From NCBI GenBank assembly GCA_045105515.1, contig JBGCDR010000212.1:1-22232 (forward strand): a stretch of DNA of 22,232 bases, written 5' to 3'. Position numbers and translations under genes: made by a program. Position 1 is the first letter of the stretch. The number at the start of each line of letters is the position of its first letter. This DNA is from Oligoflexales bacterium (GTDB lineage: Bacteria; Bdellovibrionota_B; Oligoflexia; Oligoflexales; Bog-1112). Under the pieces are notes generated by a model. That model saw only the letters and a program-made list of their open reading frames with translations, was not told the origin of the DNA and ran no database searches. This document shows positions 1-8,854 of this stretch, piece after piece.

Positions 1-21
1 GTTGATATTTTTTAGTTTCAT
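1..21 (-). CDS. Possible 5' end of a gene running off the window (MKLKNIN...)
   Basis: Minus-strand ATG at 21, open to the window edge, with AGGA about 11 nt upstream and a sigma28-like motif at 96-121. Only 7 codons are visible. Confidence 0.35.
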
Positions 22-95
22 GCCCACAGATTTCCTGAATTCATATGTAAATTCAGCATAATACCTAATCTGTGCGAAAATTGATTTTTAATATG

Positions 96-121
96 TCTTC
101 GGCTTGTATGACGAGTTTTTA
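96..121 (-). promoter_or_regulatory. Putative sigma28 (FliA) promoter
   Basis: Minus strand reads TAAA-N14-GCCGAAGA against the consensus TAAA-N15-GCCGATAA (spacer 1 nt short). Lies directly downstream of chemotaxis genes. Confidence 0.35.
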
Positions 122-125
122 GAGT

Positions 126-566
126 TCAGTCAGTGCTCCTGTCTGCTAGTATGTCCATATCAAGCTCGATCTGTTCGCCTTCTTCATCTTTGTCGTTATA
201 TTTTTCTTTTTTGGTAATTGCGACTATCTGATCTACAATTTTTTCTTCACGTATTTTGTCTCTTTCAAAGTCGTCATCGGAAATATATACATCACGGAAG
301 TCTGATAGGTATGCCTGACTATCTAGCAGTATGTTCAAAATAGGTTTGCTAAATTGTTTTAGATCGCTCCGGCAAATATTTACCAAATCTTCATTGTAAT
401 GGATAAAGGTACTTAAATAAGCTTTTAAAGTATGCAGACATCTCGATAACTCTTCGATCACGTGCTGGGATACTTCTTCTTCAAGCAGGCGGAAACATAG
501 ATCCTGCCAGTCATCGACTAGATGATTTAATTCATTTGATTGGATGACATCTAGCTTATTACTCAT
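126..566 (-). CDS. Stand-alone Hpt (CheA P1-like histidine phosphotransfer) protein, 146 aa
   Basis: ELSRCLHTLKA (His45) resembles the CheA P1 motif xIFRxxHTLKG. Helical acidic N-terminus. ATGA overlap with the cheW stop. Confidence 0.6.
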   Translation of the reverse strand: MSNKLDVIQSNELNHLVDDWQDLCFRLLEEEVSQHVIEELSRCLHTLKAYLSTFIHYNEDLVNICRSDLKQFSKPILNILLDSQAYLSDFRDVYISDDDFERDKIREEKIVDQIVAITKKEKYNDKDEEGEQIELDMDILADRSTD

Positions 567-1108
567 GCACGCTTCTCATATTCTTTTTTATTTTCTTTAA
601 TGTGTTTAGCTATCATACTTGTAAGTTCACTAATGTCAGGCCTGCCGATCCAAGATTTAATATTAAGATGAGTGACTATTTCAGAGCCCATTTTTGAGAA
701 GCCTATAAAAATTTCATTATTTTCCGTCTCGAGAGGCACTTCTTGTTTTATAGAATCTTTTGGGATAGAAACTATATCCCTTATATCATCGACTGCGGCA
801 GCTAGAAAAGTGTGGCCATTTTTGAAAAGGATGAGGATATCGCCTATATCTTTGTTCCCCTCTATTTTTAGAGCTTTTTTTAGATTTAAAACTCCAACAA
901 AATCATCAAGGTAACCGACCACTCCCTGGAAAAAGTTAAATGAAGATGGAACTTTATGGATATTTTTCATCTCCTCAAATCGATGGACAGTATTTAGGGG
1001 AACAGCATAAATTTTTTTATTTAAATCAAATATTAGATAAGGATCTCCTTTGGATTTGCTGATCCCATCCACTTTCTTGAGTTTGATTTTGAGTGCGTTT
1101 TGAAGCAA
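563..1108 (-). CDS. cheW: Chemotaxis coupling protein CheW
   Basis: YLIFDL..YAVPL..V, IHKVP..FFQGVV, VLNLKKAL and AAAVDDIRDIV follow the CheW domain pattern. TTG start with AGGAGAG upstream. Confidence 0.85.
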   Translation of the reverse strand: MLQNALKIKLKKVDGISKSKGDPYLIFDLNKKIYAVPLNTVHRFEEMKNIHKVPSSFNFFQGVVGYLDDFVGVLNLKKALKIEGNKDIGDILILFKNGHTFLAAAVDDIRDIVSIPKDSIKQEVPLETENNEIFIGFSKMGSEIVTHLNIKSWIGRPDISELTSMIAKHIKENKKEYEKRA

Positions 1109-1134
1109 GCCCTATCTCTCCTATTAGGTAATAG

Positions 1135-1161
1135 TGTTCGGTTTTTTAATGTATTTCTTAA
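1135..1161 (-). promoter_or_regulatory. Putative sigma28 (FliA) promoter of cheW
   Basis: Minus strand TTAAG-N14-ACCGAACA against the consensus TAAAG-N14-GCCGATAA, about 27 nt upstream of the cheW start. Confidence 0.45.
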
Positions 1162-1216
1162 GAGAGATTAATCAAGGTAATTTATAGGTATTTTACCCTA
1201 CATATTTACTTGTATT

Positions 1217-3961
1217 TTAGAGGCCTATTGTTTGGATACGATCAAGATCATCATATTCAAGATAATAGGCGAGGTTTCTGTACCTTTTTGTTTTGATCTG
1301 ATTGTAGATACTCAACCTCTTATCTAAGGATACTCCCTGTCTTTTAAGGTCAAAAAGTGCAAGGAGATGAGTTCTAGCAGCTAGCAGAGAAAGTTTGTGA
1401 GCATGATAGTAGTAAAAAGAATGAGCATTGGTGTTATGAAGATTTAATTCATAGCGAATGAAAGGATCATGCTTAAGTTTATTTATAGCCTCATTAAGTT
1501 GTGCAATAGTGTTATAGAAAGTTTGAAATGCTGTTTCGATGACTTTGCTATTATCCCCAATTCTTAGCTTAATTTTTTTACGATGGTATTGATAGTTATT
1601 GCGGGTGTATTTGAGGATGATGTTTTTAGCCTCATCAATAGGATCACTATAAATATCGCAATCAGTGATAATATATAATTTCTTACGGTGCATACCTAAA
1701 ACACGGTGCAGTAAAGCAAAACCATTGATTCCTGTTTTCAAGATGAAAGCTAAAATTGGTTTTGGAGTATCATGTGAGCTATGGGATTGTAGTTCATTGA
1801 CGAGTTTGGCGATCTCTTTTTCTTTGATACCAGCTTGGGAGAATATCAAGAATTGATTTTTTGGGGTAGCTTTTAATTTTTGCAATTCGCTGCTGCTTAG
1901 CACTTGTCTGAGTTCTACCTGTCTGATTTCATGTCCTACGTCATACCTAAACTTAGGAATTTTAGTGTGAAACAGCTTATTCAAGTAGTTTGCGATTCTG
2001 TCTTGTTTGGCTGTTCTTAGGTATGAGTCTTTAATCAATGCGGTTAGTTCAAGCTCTTCAGAGACTTTTTCCATTTTTCGGTTCTTATTATTTTGTTCGT
2101 ACTTCCTCTTATTCATTGCTGACATGGCAACAAGGTAGTTACCATTATAAAGTTTTTCTTTGACCTTTTGACGCAGTATTATTTTATGAGAAGTCACTGA
2201 TCTTCCATTAGTTATAAGCGAATAGCCTTTTGCCCTAGTACGAGAGACTCCGAGTCCGGTCCATTTGTCGTTATGAGGCAACCATTCGATATCGACACCG
2301 CTCCAAGTATTATGACTTGGAAGATAGGTGTGTTGCATCTCTAGAAGGCAAATGCCGCGACTTGCCAATGATTTTTTCTGACTTGCAAAATATCTAAGTA
2401 AGCTCTTTTTTTGATCGTCCTCGAATTTGACTAAGAAGGATTCACTTAAGCCGGGAATCTTTCCTCTAAGTAGTCCAATATAAGATTCCTCAGAACCTTC
2501 TTTTTCAAAGTCAAATTCATAGCTGTAGCTTGTTGCTGCAGCAAGATTTGAACTAAAACTGCACTTGTATGCTCCTAGTAGACTTAAAAAAGGCCCCCAC
2601 TCTTTGATTTCTTTTATTTCTAAGGAAGCGAAAATTTTTTTATTCTTTAATTTTCTAACTTTTATGGAAAACAGACCTTTCAATTCAAAGGCAATTCCAG
2701 CATGGGCAGCAGGAAAAACATAGCCACCCCTAATTCCCATAACGCCACCTCCATAAATCTTTCCCTGGACAATTTTTTCAGCCTCTTCGCCTTTAATCCA
2801 TTTGAGCGGAGTTAAAAGATTTAGAGGTTCATTTTTTTTTGATTTGGAGAAGATCTTTTTAAATCCCGTTTTATCAGCTACTTTTTGATAGCTCTGGGCA
2901 TTTTTGAGTCTAGTATAAATCCTATATATTGATTTCTTTACACTTTCGTAGGCGACCCATGCACCAAAATCTGGGCTAATAGGCATACTACTTGCACCAC
3001 CTAAAATAAAACGATATTTGTGTTTGTTCGCATCTTTTAACTGAATTTTATGATAATTTTGCAAGCTATGGTTCTTACCTTTGTAAGGTTTAAGGTATTG
3101 GAACGTTTGTGAGTGAGTATTGCGATAATAAATCCCACTTGAAACAATATGTCCCGTGGGGCTAAGATATCCTGCAGCTACACTTCCGCCAATTTTATCA
3201 GACCATCCTTGCAAATAAGCACTGACACCAACCAAAGAGTTATTGCTTCCTGCACTTAGAGGAAATGCATATGAAAAGCCTAATTTTGCAATATCTGACT
3301 TCGCTTTAAACCAAGCTCCAATTCCAGCTTGTTCTGATACATAGCCACCTCCAAATCCAAGGTATCTGTGGTCAAAAAATAGGTTTGTAAAAATTGCTGC
3401 CTGATGGTCATCGCTTAATTCATTAAAAAAAATATTGCCTCTCGTTTGGTAGTAATTATATTGACCATAAAAACCTTCGACACCTAGCATAGGCGTCGAG
3501 TAAATATTGGTAATAGGTTTCAGTTTGTTGATCATTTTGTGAAAAATATCGAGGCGCATAAAATCCCTAAGCTCTTGAATGTTGAATTTGCCAGTTTCTT
3601 GCTGTGCCGCAAAAGCTTCATCAAAAGCTTGTTCAAGAAATTCTAGAATTTTTTCTTCGGTAATTAGCTGTTCTTTGATGGCTATTTCTGCGTTAATACT
3701 TGCATGCTTAAGGAAGTAGGGAATTTCCTTGAGATCGAATAAAAATACAAATTTTGGTGCAAACCACGAATCACTATCTGATTGAGCAATATAGATCTTT
3801 TCTTTAAGGAGCCTGTCGCATTGAAATTTTGTCCATTCAAATTGGGTACGGGCTTCTGCAAAAGTTAGGATACCTATATTATAAATATAAACATAATTAT
3901 TAGCATAAATATTTCTTAGAGATGTAAATAAAATCAGGATGATCAAACACTTTTTTCTCAT
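1217..3961 (-). CDS. Large hypothetical secreted protein, 914 aa
   Basis: Long uninterrupted ORF. N-terminal signal peptide-like sequence MRKKCLIILILFTSLRNIYA. Gly/aromatic-rich beta-strand-like middle and helical basic C-terminus. No family recognised. Confidence 0.8.
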   Translation of the reverse strand: MRKKCLIILILFTSLRNIYANNYVYIYNIGILTFAEARTQFEWTKFQCDRLLKEKIYIAQSDSDSWFAPKFVFLFDLKEIPYFLKHASINAEIAIKEQLITEEKILEFLEQAFDEAFAAQQETGKFNIQELRDFMRLDIFHKMINKLKPITNIYSTPMLGVEGFYGQYNYYQTRGNIFFNELSDDHQAAIFTNLFFDHRYLGFGGGYVSEQAGIGAWFKAKSDIAKLGFSYAFPLSAGSNNSLVGVSAYLQGWSDKIGGSVAAGYLSPTGHIVSSGIYYRNTHSQTFQYLKPYKGKNHSLQNYHKIQLKDANKHKYRFILGGASSMPISPDFGAWVAYESVKKSIYRIYTRLKNAQSYQKVADKTGFKKIFSKSKKNEPLNLLTPLKWIKGEEAEKIVQGKIYGGGVMGIRGGYVFPAAHAGIAFELKGLFSIKVRKLKNKKIFASLEIKEIKEWGPFLSLLGAYKCSFSSNLAAATSYSYEFDFEKEGSEESYIGLLRGKIPGLSESFLVKFEDDQKKSLLRYFASQKKSLASRGICLLEMQHTYLPSHNTWSGVDIEWLPHNDKWTGLGVSRTRAKGYSLITNGRSVTSHKIILRQKVKEKLYNGNYLVAMSAMNKRKYEQNNKNRKMEKVSEELELTALIKDSYLRTAKQDRIANYLNKLFHTKIPKFRYDVGHEIRQVELRQVLSSSELQKLKATPKNQFLIFSQAGIKEKEIAKLVNELQSHSSHDTPKPILAFILKTGINGFALLHRVLGMHRKKLYIITDCDIYSDPIDEAKNIILKYTRNNYQYHRKKIKLRIGDNSKVIETAFQTFYNTIAQLNEAINKLKHDPFIRYELNLHNTNAHSFYYYHAHKLSLLAARTHLLALFDLKRQGVSLDKRLSIYNQIKTKRYRNLAYYLEYDDLDRIQTIGL

Positions 3962-4115
3962 ATTAATTTCCAGATATTTTAATATTTACTGTTTCTTTAT
4001 GATATATTTATAAATTCTTAATATAACCAATGGTGAGGCATCTCTCAATTTGTAAAAAATTGCGGATTTAGCATTGCAGTGTAAAAAACCAACACTCTAC
4101 AGGTGGATAAAGATC

Positions 4116-4829
4116 ATGAAAAACGAAGCATTGCTAACAGAATTTGGCAAGAACATATGGATTGTAGAGGGCGAATTAGTCAGTTTTTTTGGCTTTCCTT
4201 ATCCAACTCGTAGCGTCATTGTCAAACTAGCGAGTAGTGATTTATGGGTCTGGTCTCCTATTGCTCTCTCAGATTCCCTGAAAAATGAGTTACAGCCGCT
4301 GGGGACTGTGAAACACTTAGTGAGTCCGAATAAAATGCATCATTTGTATTTACAAGATTGGCTAAAAGAATACCCCAATGCCCAGATTTGGGGGCCCAGG
4401 TCGACGATAAAAAAACGTGGAGATTTAGCTTTTAGTGCGCCTTTGATTGACGAAGCACCTAGTGATTGGAAAGACGAAATCGATCAATTCTGGATAAATG
4501 GGTCTTTTGCTATAGATGAGCTGGTGTTTTTTCATAAAGATACTAAGACTGCAATAATCGCTGATCTCAGTCAAAATTTCTCCGAAGATTTCTTAGACAA
4601 TAATTGGAGTTGGTGGAAAAGAAAGTTTGCTTATTTTTGGGGGATTACCGAGCCAAATGGTTCTGCCCCACTCGAAATGCGGCTTACTTGGTACAAGAAA
4701 CATGAGGATCGGTCTAGATTAAAAAGATTAATGACTCATAATCCTGAAAATATCATTATGGCTCATGGCGAGTGTCTCAAAGGAGGTGGAATGTCCTTTA
4801 TAAGCAACTCTTTCCGTTGGCTTCTTTAG
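4116..4829 (+). CDS. DUF4336-family protein (metallo-beta-lactamase-like fold)
   Basis: FPYPTRSVIVKL, LWVWSPI, LVSPNKMHHLYL, ELVFFH..TKTAIIADL and IIMAHG motifs. ATG at 4116 preceded by AGGTGGA is preferred to the TTG at 4074. Confidence 0.8.
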   Translation: MKNEALLTEFGKNIWIVEGELVSFFGFPYPTRSVIVKLASSDLWVWSPIALSDSLKNELQPLGTVKHLVSPNKMHHLYLQDWLKEYPNAQIWGPRSTIKKRGDLAFSAPLIDEAPSDWKDEIDQFWINGSFAIDELVFFHKDTKTAIIADLSQNFSEDFLDNNWSWWKRKFAYFWGITEPNGSAPLEMRLTWYKKHEDRSRLKRLMTHNPENIIMAHGECLKGGGMSFISNSFRWLL

Positions 4830-4853
4830 GACGCCTTGACGGAAATCAAGCCC

Positions 4854-5711
4854 TTAGCTATGTTCGGAATTGCAAGGCTTCGTAAATCTGAAAATTCCCC
4901 AGCATAAATCTCCAGATTTGCCTCCTTCTATCCAGTGCCGAAGTCCCTTTTTCATGTTTTTAATATAATCCGTAGAACACTTGCCCTTGATGCTTGCTTC
5001 TTTTCTCTCAATGTCTTCCAAAACTTTAGTGTAATGTATTTCTAGGTTTTTCGATTTATCCTCAAATAAACAGTCTCTAAATCCGATAGAACTAGCATTT
5101 TCGCGATAAAATGACACCGTGCTTAATGAATCTAAGTGTATTCGATCAAGAATCGCTCGTAACGAACTCTGATCACTATCTTCACTTTGCATTGGGTCGG
5201 TAAGAATGAACATCCCTTGATGTTTCAGTACCCTATAAACTTCTTGCAAGACCCGCTGTCTATTTTTGCTATGCAATATTGCATCTTGGCACCAAACAAC
5301 ATCATAAAATTGAGCTTCATATGGCAATTCTTCAAAATTTCCAGCTGTGACGCTAATAAGATTTTCAAGCTTTTCATTCTTATTTAATATGCGATTTACA
5401 GCATTTTGCACTTCACTTAGATTAAGGCATTCGACCTTGCATTTATATTTCTTTGCTAAAAATCTAGCTGAGCCACCAAAGCCTGAACCAATATCTAATA
5501 CTTTGGATTGATTATTGAGAATAGGAGTCAGACTCCCCATTGTGGAAACTGTTTTACGACTAGCATCAAAGATAGAGTCAGAATCTTCTTCGTAGATACC
5601 AATATGGATATCTTCTCCCCCCCAAATATTGTAGTAGAAGGAATTTGCATCGTTGCTATCATAATATTTCTTTGTTTTTTCGGTTAAATTATTATTAGTT
5701 ACATTCTCCAT
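4854..5711 (-). CDS. Sarcosine/dimethylglycine N-methyltransferase (SDMT)
   Basis: YYDSNDANSFYYNIWGGEDIHIGIY, SAM-binding VLDIGSGFGGSAR, WCQDAILH, TDPMQ, MKKGLRHW and LCWGIF. Start moved to ATG 5711 (GGGGGTGA upstream), which overlaps the GSMT 3' end. Confidence 0.9.
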   Translation of the reverse strand: MENVTNNNLTEKTKKYYDSNDANSFYYNIWGGEDIHIGIYEEDSDSIFDASRKTVSTMGSLTPILNNQSKVLDIGSGFGGSARFLAKKYKCKVECLNLSEVQNAVNRILNKNEKLENLISVTAGNFEELPYEAQFYDVVWCQDAILHSKNRQRVLQEVYRVLKHQGMFILTDPMQSEDSDQSSLRAILDRIHLDSLSTVSFYRENASSIGFRDCLFEDKSKNLEIHYTKVLEDIERKEASIKGKCSTDYIKNMKKGLRHWIEGGKSGDLCWGIFRFTKPCNSEHS

Positions 5712-6486
5712 TATCACCCCCATATTCATTTCCATATAGTTTTTCGGCGCAATGAATAAAAAAGTCAGGCTCATCTTGCTTATAAGTCTCTTGGAAATCT
5801 CCATAAGTCTTGACTTGCTGAAATCCAACGTCAAACATCAAATGGCGCATATATTTTTTTCTTAGTGGATAAAAATTAAGATGAAACTTCGAGTAATCTG
5901 GAAATCGGTAACAAAACCTTGCCACACTATCGTTTACTTCTTCTGGATCGACTTTGACATCGTCCCCACAATAATAATAAGTTCCACGGTTTTTATACTG
6001 TTCCTTGAGCAAAGAATCATAATTACGTTGATCGAGAATTAGGATACCATCGTGTCTAAGTGCAGCATAAAATTCGGCTAAAGCTTTGTGTCTATCTCGC
6101 TCAGAAAACAAGTGGGTAAAGGAATTTCCTAAGCAAATTACAGCATCATATTTACCATGCACATCACGGTTGAGCCAACGCCAATCAGCTTGTACCGTGC
6201 GCAAAATTAAATTTCTTTTTCTAGCATTTTGAAAAGCTTTTGCAAGCATAACGGGACTACCATCGGCACTTGTGACATCAAAACCTTCCTCTAATAACTT
6301 TACTGAGTGGAAACCCGTTCCTGTCGCCACATCCAATACTTTTTTAGCACCGCGTTCTTTTAGTAAATCTACGAAAAAGCAACCTTCACTTGATGCTCTA
6401 GCATCCCAATCAATCAATGAATCCCATTTTTCAACGAATTCATGAACATACTCGGCCTTATAATTATCTGTTTCCTGTAAGCTCAT
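5695..6486 (-). CDS. Glycine/sarcosine N-methyltransferase (GSMT)
   Basis: EYVHEFVEKWDSLIDWDARASSEG, VLDVATGTGFHS, ICLGNSFTHLF, LDQRNYD, YYYCG and PDFFIH are characteristic of the bacterial GSMT family. Confidence 0.92.
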   Translation of the reverse strand: MSLQETDNYKAEYVHEFVEKWDSLIDWDARASSEGCFFVDLLKERGAKKVLDVATGTGFHSVKLLEEGFDVTSADGSPVMLAKAFQNARKRNLILRTVQADWRWLNRDVHGKYDAVICLGNSFTHLFSERDRHKALAEFYAALRHDGILILDQRNYDSLLKEQYKNRGTYYYCGDDVKVDPEEVNDSVARFCYRFPDYSKFHLNFYPLRKKYMRHLMFDVGFQQVKTYGDFQETYKQDEPDFFIHCAEKLYGNEYGGDNGECN

Positions 6487-6733
6487 CTATAAGGGGTCTC
6501 CCTGTATTCGTAAATCCGAAGTTTTTACAAATTAAAAATATAGTTGCTATTAAATCTAAGCTAATAATCGGCGAAAGCTCCTTTTCATATCTTCAAGAAT
6601 AAGTATTGTAGTTTCATGTTCAGTCCACTCACACAAGTTTGTTGCTTACCATACAATAAGATATTTTCATTTTTTGAAACTACCGTATATGCTTAACATA
6701 TAATTCTATTTTTTAAATATGCATGCTAGCGAA

Positions 6734-6844
6734 GATAGGTTAAACCTAATCCAAATAAAAAGAACATAGTTGTGAAGCACGCCAATACTATTAGCATATA
6801 ATTCGAATAATTAAATAAAATAATGGCATGGATAGGTTAAACCT
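6734..6844. repeat. Two identical 14-bp copies GATAGGTTAAACCT (6734-6747 and 6831-6844) with palindromic core AGGTT-A-AACCT
   Basis: Read directly from the sequence. Copies are 97 bp apart in the non-coding region upstream of GSMT. Confidence 0.8.
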
Positions 6845-6952
6845 TACCTGGAAGAGTAGAGTTATTACAATGACCAGCGGTAATTAATATAGTATTTTTA
6901 TGTGGTGGGATTTTGCATTTTAGTGCAGCAAGCTCTGTCTTATAGAAAAAAT

Positions 6953-7936
6953 TTATATAGATGCAGCTCGGTTAAGTTTGTCACGAATTGCATGAAAGCA
7001 TGGTTCTTGGGGGATTACTACAATAATTTCTTTCAGACCCATTTGATCAAGTTCAAATAGTGATCGATAAAGCATATGAGCTGCTTGTTTTGCATCGGTT
7101 CCGAGGTTGAGAGCATTCGGAAGCTTATAGGTTTGTTCTTGAAACAATAAAAGTCCGGTTTTTCCAGGCTCTAAGTTTAGCTGGGCTTCATTCAAGTTTG
7201 CTACCAGGCGAATTGGGGTATGTGGTGAATAGTGTTTTTTATCCTGTCCAGGGGATGAGGCATGACTTAGAACTTGTTGTCTGACCTTGATATCACATTC
7301 TTTAAGTTGATTTACTGTAATGGGTCCGAGCCTGTGAATGGTTAAAGTATCATTCTGGATCGAAACAACAGTAGATTCAATACCCTCTTTGCAGTCTCCA
7401 GAGTCAATGATGGGGAATTTGCGATTGACAAATTGGGCATCAACCATCTGAGCAGAGGTTGGACTTAACTGTTGATAAATATTTGCACTAGGAGCTACCA
7501 ACGGCATTTCCAGAATTTTTAGAACTTGCTCCATAGCACATTGGTATGGGCGCCTAATTGCAACATATGGACTTCCAGCAGTGACCAGATCTGAAATTTT
7601 CGGACCTTTAGGCATAAGTAATGTTAATGGGCCACTTGGAAAACGCTTTACGACTTTTTCGTAAACTTGACGCCACATATCACCAGTTTGGTCGCTCACA
7701 ATGCCATTTGTAGTTAAGGTGCCAAGATCAGACCATGTAGTTTGGCAATGGACAATCAAGGGGTTATGAAGAGGACGTTTCTTTAATTCAAATATTTTTC
7801 GAATTGCAGCTGTGTTTTCGAAATCAGCAGCCAATCCATAGACGGTTTCAGTTCCAATTGCACAGACACCCCCACTACGTAAGAGCTTTGCAGCTTCTTT
7901 AATGTTTGAGTTTGACAATTTCCAAATATGCTTCAT
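6953..7936 (-). CDS. sua5: L-threonylcarbamoyladenylate synthase, Sua5 type (YrdC domain + SUA5 C-terminal domain)
   Basis: TETVYGLAAD, IFELKKRP..NPLIVH, GPLTL, VAIR, APSAN, GIESTV, linker SPGQ..KHYSP and C-terminal AIRDKLNRAA. Confidence 0.93.
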   Translation of the reverse strand: MKHIWKLSNSNIKEAAKLLRSGGVCAIGTETVYGLAADFENTAAIRKIFELKKRPLHNPLIVHCQTTWSDLGTLTTNGIVSDQTGDMWRQVYEKVVKRFPSGPLTLLMPKGPKISDLVTAGSPYVAIRRPYQCAMEQVLKILEMPLVAPSANIYQQLSPTSAQMVDAQFVNRKFPIIDSGDCKEGIESTVVSIQNDTLTIHRLGPITVNQLKECDIKVRQQVLSHASSPGQDKKHYSPHTPIRLVANLNEAQLNLEPGKTGLLLFQEQTYKLPNALNLGTDAKQAAHMLYRSLFELDQMGLKEIIVVIPQEPCFHAIRDKLNRAASI

Positions 7937-8285
7937 ATGCTTAATGGGGCTAAGAGGCTTATAATATTTGACTTCTATAAAATTCGAGTCCTAAAAATCC
8001 AAGCAATCATTTACCATTCTTTCAGTTTGTATTCAAGTTGTAAGTGAATAAGTTGATAGTACTCTCTTGAATGATTTCAAATAGATGGTATCCATATAAT
8101 TGCGATTGAGAGACGGGTGCAATAATTGTCATGATTTAACTTTAAAAATGAAGGTGTATTCCTTAGATAAGTTGTTCCTCGCCTGGTCAAAGTGAATGTT
8201 TAGTATCCTAGAGTGTGATACAACTTTGGTTTCTTATTTGAATTTTAATTCTTAGTGGATTTGATAAGTTAGTCGAAAGGTGGAC

Positions 8286-8780
8286 ATGGAAGTTTCGAAT
8301 GAAAAAATTCAATTATTGGGCCTTATTATCAAGTCTCTTGAAACTGAATTTGCAGCAATTATTAAATCTGCTGAATCTGCTTATCAAGGAGCAACCCATG
8401 AGGACGCAGTTTCAAAAAGTAAGTATGAAACTCATGGCCTTGAACTAAGCTACTTGGCAGGTTCTCAGTTTGAACGAGCACGAGTATTGAAGCAGCAGAT
8501 CATGTCTTTATCTAATAAAGTTTTCAAGACATTTAAAAATTCTGATGAAATTGCTGCTGAAGCTTTGGTTACTATGCAAGCATCGGAAAATCGTAAATAT
8601 CATTATTTGGTTTATTCTCTCGGTGCTGGACTAAAATTGGATTTGCTAGGAAAAACAATACAAGTGATTTCACCCCAGTCTGCTATAGGTAATGAGCTTA
8701 TTGGGGCTTTCTTAGATGATGATATTTTTATTGAGCGTGGTAATAAAGTTGAAGAATGGAAGGTTGTCGCAATTCAATAG
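8286..8780 (+). CDS. GreA/GreB-family-related transcription elongation factor-like protein
   Basis: Coiled-coil tip ATHEDAVSKSKYETHGLELSYLA and C-terminal VISPQSAIGNELIG..DD of the GreA/B C-domain type. Start is ATG 8286 or GTG 8280. Confidence 0.75.
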   Translation: MEVSNEKIQLLGLIIKSLETEFAAIIKSAESAYQGATHEDAVSKSKYETHGLELSYLAGSQFERARVLKQQIMSLSNKVFKTFKNSDEIAAEALVTMQASENRKYHYLVYSLGAGLKLDLLGKTIQVISPQSAIGNELIGAFLDDDIFIERGNKVEEWKVVAIQ

Positions 8781-8854
8781 TTGTTCTGTCATCATAATAC
8801 TTGCTCTTTTAACGGTGATTCATTTGTTCGCGAAAACTGCTTATATTTAGATGT

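Noticed and set aside
5712..5834. Long N-terminal extensions in the ORF track (SDMT from 5834; also kmo from 15288, nbaD from 12235, nbaC from 11717)
   Set aside because: They overlap upstream genes extensively. Downstream ATGs have RBS or stop-start coupling and match family N-termini.
6487..6534. In-frame TAG directly before the GSMT ATG, preceded by codons reading ...IQGDPL, reminiscent of N-termini of other GSMTs (possible read-through or lost extension)
   Set aside because: No start codon in that frame before the next upstream TAA, the register does not match well, and the sequence doubles as the likely RBS region (AGGGAG).
6565..6595. GCCGATTA sigma28-like -10 element on the minus strand upstream of GSMT
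   Set aside because: No -35 element at the right spacing (GATAT at that position).
6734..6844. Repeat pair as a CRISPR remnant or IS ends
   Set aside because: Only two 14-bp copies with an 83-bp gap, and no cas or transposase gene in the window.
6487..6952. Possible SAM or glycine riboswitch upstream of the methyltransferases
   Set aside because: No recognisable SAM-I/II or glycine aptamer consensus by eye, and the region is very AT-rich. An Infernal/Rfam scan would be decisive.
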